This document shows, in pieces, positions 58,103 through 64,000 of a DNA stretch of 64,000 nt. Numbering within the stretch: the first letter of the stretch is position 1; each line of letters opens with the position of its first letter. The position numbers and the translations under genes were made by a program. This DNA is from Nitrososphaeria archaeon (lineage in GTDB: Archaea; Thermoproteota; Nitrososphaeria; JACIWG01), in assembly GCA_049969935.1 (NCBI GenBank), contig JBMFNX010000002.1, positions 5,789 to 69,788 of the forward strand, in the 5' to 3' direction. The notes below the pieces were generated by a model. The model was not told where the DNA came from and did no database searches. It was given only the letters and a program-made list of their open reading frames with translations.

Positions 58103-59521
58103 ATGGACTTTAAAGAATTTAAAGAAAAAAGTGAATCTATTTCAGAACTTATTGAAAATGCTATAGATGAGGGAAAACAGATAATAATATGTTGCCACTT
58201 AGATGCTGATGGACTAGCCGCTGGAAGTATTATTGGAAAGAGTATATACAATGAGGGGGGAAGAGCAATAATAAGAACATTGAGTGAACTTAATCAAAAC
58301 TGCATAACCAACTTAAGGAACCAAGAATATGACTTTTACATATTTACAGATCTTGGAATGGGGTACGTTGGGATTCTTGAAAAGGAGTTAGAAAATAAAT
58401 GGATTATACTTGATCACCACCAAAGTAGTAAAGAAGAATTAGAACATACTAGAGTTTTAAATCCACATGAATTTGGAATAGATGGTGGAGTTGAGATATC
58501 AGGCTCAGGTGTCGCATACTTAGTAGCCAAAAGAATTAATAGTTCAAATCGGAGTAGTGCGGCATTAGCTATTGTGGGAGCACTTGCAGATAGACAAGAT
58601 CAAGGGCCGTCAAGAAGCTTAATAGGAATAAATCAAAAAATTATTTTAAAAGATGCAAAAATGTTAGGATTAATTAAAGAAGAAAAGGATCTTGTTTTTT
58701 ATGGTAGAGAAACAAAGCCTATTCATGAGGCGATAGCGTCTACAAATACACCCTTTATACCATTGCTTTCTGGTAATCCAGACGCATGTCTAGCAGCATT
58801 ACTTTCCTCTAACTTTAAATTAAAAGATGGAGAAAGATGGAGAACAATTTCTCAACTCTCCTATGAAGAAAAAATGAAACTTATCGAGATACTTATCCCT
58901 TATTTAACTAAAGAGGGGGCCAAAAGTGAAATAGTTGAAGAATTATTTGGTTCAGTTTATACACTTTTGAAGGAAGAAGAGGGAACAATTTTAAGGGATG
59001 CAAGGGAATTTGGTTCTCTTTTAAATGCATGTGGTAGGAGCGGGAAACCTAGTATAGGAATACTAATTTGCTTAGGAGATAGAAATGAGGCATATTATAT
59101 GGGAGAAAAGATATTATCAGATTATAGAAAAAGGATTACACATTATCTTCAAATTATAAATTCGGATGTAAATAGAATGCGTTACGAAGAAAATATTGTT
59201 AATGTTATTGGAGATGATTTAGTAGATGAAAAGATGTTGGGTGCTGTAGCATCCATTATTGCAAGCTCACCCCTTTTTAGAGATAAAATAGTTATTGTAA
59301 GGACGAAAACAAAGGATAATGATTTAAAAATTTCTATTAGAAGGGGGGAAAAGATTAAAGATTTGAATATTGGCCTAATAGTAAGTGGAGTTGCTAAAGG
59401 CCTAAATGGTTCAGGAGGCGGACATGCAGCAGCAGCTGGAGCAAAAATTCCATTCGACCAATATGAAAAATTTATGACCAAACTAATTGAAGAGATTAGA
59501 TATGGAAAGGGTGGAAGTTAA
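58103..59521 (+). CDS. RecJ-like DHH nuclease (GAN/archaeal Cdc45 homologue)
   Basis: CCHLDADGLAAGS (DHH motifs I/II), a DHH motif and the DHHA1 block GGGHAAAAGA, over 472 aa. Confidence 0.7.
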   Translation: MDFKEFKEKSESISELIENAIDEGKQIIICCHLDADGLAAGSIIGKSIYNEGGRAIIRTLSELNQNCITNLRNQEYDFYIFTDLGMGYVGILEKELENKWIILDHHQSSKEELEHTRVLNPHEFGIDGGVEISGSGVAYLVAKRINSSNRSSAALAIVGALADRQDQGPSRSLIGINQKIILKDAKMLGLIKEEKDLVFYGRETKPIHEAIASTNTPFIPLLSGNPDACLAALLSSNFKLKDGERWRTISQLSYEEKMKLIEILIPYLTKEGAKSEIVEELFGSVYTLLKEEEGTILRDAREFGSLLNACGRSGKPSIGILICLGDRNEAYYMGEKILSDYRKRITHYLQIINSDVNRMRYEENIVNVIGDDLVDEKMLGAVASIIASSPLFRDKIVIVRTKTKDNDLKISIRRGEKIKDLNIGLIVSGVAKGLNGSGGGHAAAAGAKIPFDQYEKFMTKLIEEIRYGKGGS

Positions 59522-59768
59522 AATTTTGGTGAAGACTGAAGATCCTAAAATAGTAGATACACTTTTTAAAGCCATAAAACCGGATAATGTAAACATTCCT
59601 GAAGAAATATCACTTGAATTTTATAGAGAAAATAATGAACTTATTTTTGCTGTATCCACAGAAAAGGATATAGAAACATTAATATCTACATTGCGTGAGG
59701 GTCTTGATTATATTGGATTATGCCTGCAAGTATTAATGGTGAATGGAGATGAAGAAGATACAAACTGA
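59502..59768 (+). CDS. pcc1: KEOPS subunit Pcc1-like (start taken at the internal MERVEV)
   Basis: About 88 aa with ...AIKPDN...LISTLREGLDYIGLCLQVL matching the Pcc1 C-terminal helix pattern. kae1 and bud32 lie 3 kb upstream. Confidence 0.4.
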   Translation: MERVEVKILVKTEDPKIVDTLFKAIKPDNVNIPEEISLEFYRENNELIFAVSTEKDIETLISTLREGLDYIGLCLQVLMVNGDEEDTN

Positions 59769-61272
59769 AACTGAGGGGTATTTTATATTAAGTAAAAGTG
59801 ACGAAAAAATTGGGCATGTGATAGAGGAGAGTCTGGAGGAGTGTAAAAAGACTTTAATAAAAGGAGCTGAAAAAGACCTTGAAAACGCATGCTATATTAG
59901 GTCATGGAATATTACAGAAAACATGTTAAACTTTACTCTCAATTCCGGTAATCTAGTTAGATCACATGTTGGTCTCTTAAGATTAAAAAAGGTTTTAGCA
60001 AAAGAACTTGGAGAAAAATTAAAAGTAGGAATAAGAAAAGTGTCAGCCAAAAATTTTAAGGTTATATTATTTGATAAGGTAGATGAGATAGCTGTAAATA
60101 AAATTAAATCAATGCCTAAGATTAGAGACGTATATTTTGAGGGCGATAAAACTGTAATATTATTAGAAGATTTAGATGAAAACGATTTAAGAGGAAATTT
60201 AATTGACAGGTTAATTAACTTGATCGAAGAAGTATCAAAAGAAAAACATGTTTCTTATGAACAAATTCAACCAATAGTTAGAAGTTCTCAACCAAAACAA
60301 ATGAAGTTTACGGGGGATCCTCTTATTACAGGCATAGAACTTGGATGGGTTATTCCCTTCCCTGGAAGAGGACAATTTATATACACTAGCAAGTATGCAG
60401 CACTTTTTGAGGCTATAAAAGCAATCCTTATTGAAGAAGTTGCCAAAAAAGGAGGATTTAAACCCTTCCTTCTACCAAAGTTAATACCTTTTGAAGTTAT
60501 GAAAAAGATGCCAGGCTACTTTGATAGCATACCAGAAGGAATGTTTTACGTATGCCCGCCTCCGAGGGAGCCAGAGGCATTTGATAACTTTAAACTAGAA
60601 TATAAAATAAAAAAAGAAGTGCCTATAGAGGAACTGAAAAAAGTTCTAAAAGATCCAGCATATGTATTAGCACCAGCACAGTGTGAACCATTCTGGTACT
60701 ATTATAGCGTTATAAAGCACAAATCTGAAACATTGCCTTTGAAATATTATGATGCATCAGGTTATACATACAGATGGGAGGGTGGAGGGGTTGAAGGCCT
60801 CGTAAGAGTGACAGAATTTCAACGTATTGAACTAACTTATGTCGGCTTTCCTGAACAGGTAGTAAAAATAAGAGATGAGATTGTAGAAAAGGGAGTTTAT
60901 GTTGCAGATAAAATATTAGACCTAGAATGGAGGATAACAGCAGCAGCACCCTTTTATGTTAAGGAAGGTTCATCAAACTTTGACCCATACAATAGTATTG
61001 AGGTACCAGCGTATGATATTGAAATATATTTACCCTACAGAGGGGCGAGAGAAAGTTCAGAGTGGCTTGAGATTGCAGGGTGCTTTGTACACAAGAAAAA
61101 ATTTGTCGATTCATTTAAAATTAAATGTGAAGAAAATTTAGAAATTTGGACTGGTTGTACTGGGTTAGGCGTTTCCAGATGGGTTGCAGCATTTCTTGCA
61201 GAAAAAGGTTTTAAAGAAGAAGATTGGCCAGCCATAGTAAGAGAAAAATATAGAGCAATTCTAGGTGAATAG
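59743..61272 (+). CDS. class II aminoacyl-tRNA synthetase-like protein (atypical, methanogen-type SerRS-like?)
   Basis: Motif-2-like GLVRVTEFQRIELTYVG and motif-3-like GCTGLGVSRWVAAFL in the C-terminal half, with a roughly 300-aa N-terminal domain. Total length 509 aa. Confidence 0.4.
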   Translation: MEMKKIQTETEGYFILSKSDEKIGHVIEESLEECKKTLIKGAEKDLENACYIRSWNITENMLNFTLNSGNLVRSHVGLLRLKKVLAKELGEKLKVGIRKVSAKNFKVILFDKVDEIAVNKIKSMPKIRDVYFEGDKTVILLEDLDENDLRGNLIDRLINLIEEVSKEKHVSYEQIQPIVRSSQPKQMKFTGDPLITGIELGWVIPFPGRGQFIYTSKYAALFEAIKAILIEEVAKKGGFKPFLLPKLIPFEVMKKMPGYFDSIPEGMFYVCPPPREPEAFDNFKLEYKIKKEVPIEELKKVLKDPAYVLAPAQCEPFWYYYSVIKHKSETLPLKYYDASGYTYRWEGGGVEGLVRVTEFQRIELTYVGFPEQVVKIRDEIVEKGVYVADKILDLEWRITAAAPFYVKEGSSNFDPYNSIEVPAYDIEIYLPYRGARESSEWLEIAGCFVHKKKFVDSFKIKCEENLEIWTGCTGLGVSRWVAAFLAEKGFKEEDWPAIVREKYRAILGE

Positions 61273-61888
61273 GATGCCAAAAAAGGGGATAAAAGTAAAA
61301 GATAAGTGGAGGGAAAAAATATGGATTTCTGTTGAAGCACCAGCTATATTTGGAAACAAAATTATAGCAAAAATACCTGTAACAAATATTGAGAATGCTA
61401 TTGGAAGATGTGTTGAGACAACTCTTTTTGACATACTTGGAGAAAGTGAAGAACAGTATGCGGTTAAGTTAAAGTTTCAAATTAAAGAAATAGTTGGAGA
61501 AACTGCAAAAACAGAAGTCAAACAGTATGAACTTGCACGTGAAACTCTAAAAAGTCTTATAAGAAAAGGAACTTCAATTGTGGATTTTTACAAAAATCTA
61601 GAAACAAAGGATAAAGCAAAGATCAGAATTTTTGCAATAGTTTACACTTCAAGTAGAATTAATACTTCAAAGAAGAAAAGTATTAGGAAGATAATGGATG
61701 AAATTATAAGTAAAAAAGTAGAAAAACTAACATTTGACCAATTTGTACTTGAATCTGTTCTAGGGAAAATTGGTTCCGAGATTTTAACAGAGGCAAAAAA
61801 GATTACTAAAATAAGGTATGCGAATGTAAGAAAAATTAAGGTATTAGGTTATCCATTAAAAGAGACATTAACCCCTAGCCTTAGTTGA
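61265..61888 (+). CDS. rps3ae: ribosomal protein S3Ae (S1e)
   Basis: N-terminus KKGIKVKDKWREKIWISVEAPAIFG is the conserved S3Ae N-terminus, and the length is 207 aa. Confidence 0.85.
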   Translation: MNRMPKKGIKVKDKWREKIWISVEAPAIFGNKIIAKIPVTNIENAIGRCVETTLFDILGESEEQYAVKLKFQIKEIVGETAKTEVKQYELARETLKSLIRKGTSIVDFYKNLETKDKAKIRIFAIVYTSSRINTSKKKSIRKIMDEIISKKVEKLTFDQFVLESVLGKIGSEILTEAKKITKIRYANVRKIKVLGYPLKETLTPSLS

Positions 61889-63073
61889 AACTATCTTTAT
61901 AACATCACCGTCTGAAAGAATATGTTCAGCACCTATACGTATACCTCGTTTAACATCTATCGCGTAAAGGAAACCGTCACCCAAATCACTATGTATCTTG
62001 TACGCTAAATCTTTTGCAGTAGAACCTCTTTTGATCAAGTAGGCTTCTGGTAAAACATTACCCTCTTTATCAGACAGAGAACGTTCATCTTCAACTGGAT
62101 ATACTGTTATAAGCTGTAAAATGTCCTTGAATATAAAATTTATAATTTCCTGAACCCCTGTTGAACCCCATTTTTTTAAAACCCTATCTCTTATCACTTC
62201 CAAAGCCTTTTTTTGTTGCTCATTTAAGTTTGAAGAAATTATTTTAAAATCAGGATCACCGGGTATATATTCGATCAACTTCTTCTCAGAAGCACGTCTC
62301 AACACCAATTCTGCTTCAGCTGAACATGGAAAACATGCTCTTCCAGTAGATTTTATTTTTTCATAATTTAATGGAGCTGGAAAAAGATCAATTTTATTTG
62401 CTGCAATTACTATAGGTTTAGAAAGCTCTCTAAGCCTACGAACAAACATTATAAGACTTGAATCAGTCCAACTGGAAAATTTTTTATTTATTAAACCACA
62501 ATCTTCGATTGCCTTAAGTATATGTGCACGTGTTATGGAAAGACCGGATAGCTTTTGCTGGAGCTGGACCACACCATTATCGAAGCTTGAATCACAAACT
62601 TTACAAATTCTTTGCCAATCACTTTTTATAATATCTTGTAACCATAAGTCAAGTTCGTTTTCAACAAATTGTATGTCTTCTAGTGGATCATGTGAACCAG
62701 GTGTTACTGGATGGCCTTCAACGTCTGTTGAACCAGCAGCATCAACAACATGGATTAAAGCGTCAGCCTGTCTAAGGTCGTCAAGAAACTTATTTCCTAA
62801 ACCTCGTCCAGAGGACGCGCCTGGCACAAGGCCGGCGACATCCATCAACTTTACAGGAATTAAGCGTACACCATCTATGCATATGGAGGTGGTGGGGTTA
62901 TCCTTTACACCTAATTCTCTACAAACACATTTCGTTCTAAAATAGCCTATACCAACATTAGGATTAATTGTAGTAAATGGATAGTTTCCAATAGGAACAT
63001 TCAGCATTGTTGCAGCACTAAAGAAGGTACTTTTACCCACATTTGTTTTCCCAATTATTCCAACTAACATCAA
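61868..63073 (-). CDS. Obg-like GTPase of the YchF/DRG family with a C-terminal TGS domain
   Basis: G1 motif GKTNVGKST, NYPFTTINPN switch region, G4 motif NKID and a TGS-like C-terminus. Confidence 0.7.
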   Translation of the reverse strand: MMLVGIIGKTNVGKSTFFSAATMLNVPIGNYPFTTINPNVGIGYFRTKCVCRELGVKDNPTTSICIDGVRLIPVKLMDVAGLVPGASSGRGLGNKFLDDLRQADALIHVVDAAGSTDVEGHPVTPGSHDPLEDIQFVENELDLWLQDIIKSDWQRICKVCDSSFDNGVVQLQQKLSGLSITRAHILKAIEDCGLINKKFSSWTDSSLIMFVRRLRELSKPIVIAANKIDLFPAPLNYEKIKSTGRACFPCSAEAELVLRRASEKKLIEYIPGDPDFKIISSNLNEQQKKALEVIRDRVLKKWGSTGVQEIINFIFKDILQLITVYPVEDERSLSDKEGNVLPEAYLIKRGSTAKDLAYKIHSDLGDGFLYAIDVKRGIRIGAEHILSDGDVIKIVSTKARG

Positions 63074-63123
63074 AAGGTGATTAGCATAGATAGTAAAAAA
63101 AGATTTAATCTTTATACTTCATC

Positions 63124-64000
63124 AAAAATTGGTATGGAAAGGATAATAGTGGTTGGAGGGGGAGTTGCTGGAGTATCGGCTGCATTAGGTGCAAGGAAAC
63201 AAAATGAAAAAATAGAAATCATAATAATTGAAAAAGAAAAATATACAGGTTATTTAAGAGGAAAATTACCTTACATAATTTCGGGTGAAATAAGTTATGA
63301 CAAAGTAATTCCTAGAATAGATTTTTTAAAAGAAAAAAGGATACAAGTATTTCTATCTTCCATTGTAAATAAGGTTGACTTAAATGGCAAAAAAATAACC
63401 TTTATGAACTCAGAAAAGCATGAAAGAACAATAGATTTTTCTAAAATAGTATTTGCTATAGGCAGTATACCTCTAACACTTAATGTAAGAGGACGTAATC
63501 TTGATAGAATATATGAATTGAGAACAATAGAGGATGCTATCAAGATAAACAAAGAAGTAATGAAAAACGTAAGAGTAGTAATAGTTGGCGGAGGACTTGT
63601 CGCTGTCAAAACGGCTGAATCGTTACTTAAGAGGGGATGCAAAATTGTTATGGTTTTTCCTGAGCCCGAAATTTTGTACAAAGTTTTTGATGATAATATT
63701 GGAAAAGTTTTTAGGGAAAAAATGGAAAAAAGAGGGGTAGAAGTTATTCATAAAAATAAGGTAAAAGCTTTCTATGGTACAAAAAGTGTGGAAGCTGCAG
63801 ATACAGAGAAGGGTGTGATTTCATGTGATATGGTTATTTTAGCTTTAGGTTCAAAACCGAATACTGTCCTAGCTAAGGAGGCAGGAATACCTTTAGGCCA
63901 ATATGATGGGATAATTGTTGATGAAAGAATGGAAACATTGAAGAAGGGTGTGTATGCTGCTGGAGATTGCGCAGAATATACTAATTTTATAACAAAGGAA
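63124..64000 (+). CDS. pyridine nucleotide-disulfide oxidoreductase (NADH oxidase / CoA-disulfide reductase-like), 3'-truncated by the window edge
   Basis: N-terminus IIVVGGGVAGVSAA is the FAD GxGxxG, a second Rossmann VVIVGGGLVAVKTA follows, and GVYAAGDCAEY sits near the end. Confidence 0.65.

Noticed and set aside
1-64000. CRISPR arrays, IS elements, transposases, integrases and prophage genes
   Set aside because: No regularly spaced direct repeats and no transposase- or integrase-like ORFs were seen. The only mobile-type element is the intein homing endonuclease.

Overview
AT-rich (about mid-30s % GC by eye) archaeal chromosome segment. The mix of crenarchaeal/TACK-type information-processing genes with a bacterial-type dnaK/dnaJ points to a TACK-like archaeon, but this is an inference. 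The window is densely packed with genes and is core genome rather than an accessory island.

Main contents: (a) replication and repair genes: MCM next to a GINS(Gins23)-like gene, RFC small and large subunits, Orc1/Cdc6, a RecJ-like GAN/Cdc45 homologue, an SSB-like OB-fold protein, Hel308 and XPF; (b) the archaeal exosome/proteasome superoperon: proteasome alpha, Sdo1, Rrp4, Rrp41, Rrp42, L37Ae, prefoldin beta and a COG1325-like protein; (c) a KEOPS patch: Kae1, Bud32, Pcc1; (d) seven tRNA genes, one (tRNA-Gln) carrying a 41-nt intron; (e) metabolic genes: PurP, PurB, MoaA/MoaC/MogA, ThiL, homoserine dehydrogenase, a PdxA2/OtnK pair, an ECF transporter, and an N-glycosylation/sugar cluster.

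The most interesting locus is the aEF-2 gene on the minus strand, which is interrupted twice within its first ~100 coding nucleotides. A 31-nt insert (45445..45475) folds into a textbook hBHBh' bulge-helix-bulge motif, carries an in-frame UAG, and its removal restores an EF-2 N-terminus that matches Sulfolobus almost residue for residue. This is a predicted pre-mRNA intron in a protein-coding gene. Thirty-six nucleotides downstream, a 613-aa LAGLIDADG intein (43571..45409) sits in the P-loop (AHVDHGK|C...HN|TT). A tRNA-splicing-endonuclease-family gene lies in the same window, and its catalytic His appears to be substituted.

Other points of interest: an NrdD-like protein with an N-terminal wHTH and ATP-cone that ends at a Zn-ribbon with no glycyl-radical motif; a proteasome alpha gene with no in-frame ATG/GTG/TTG start; two tRNAs with C33; and an atypical class II aaRS-like ORF.
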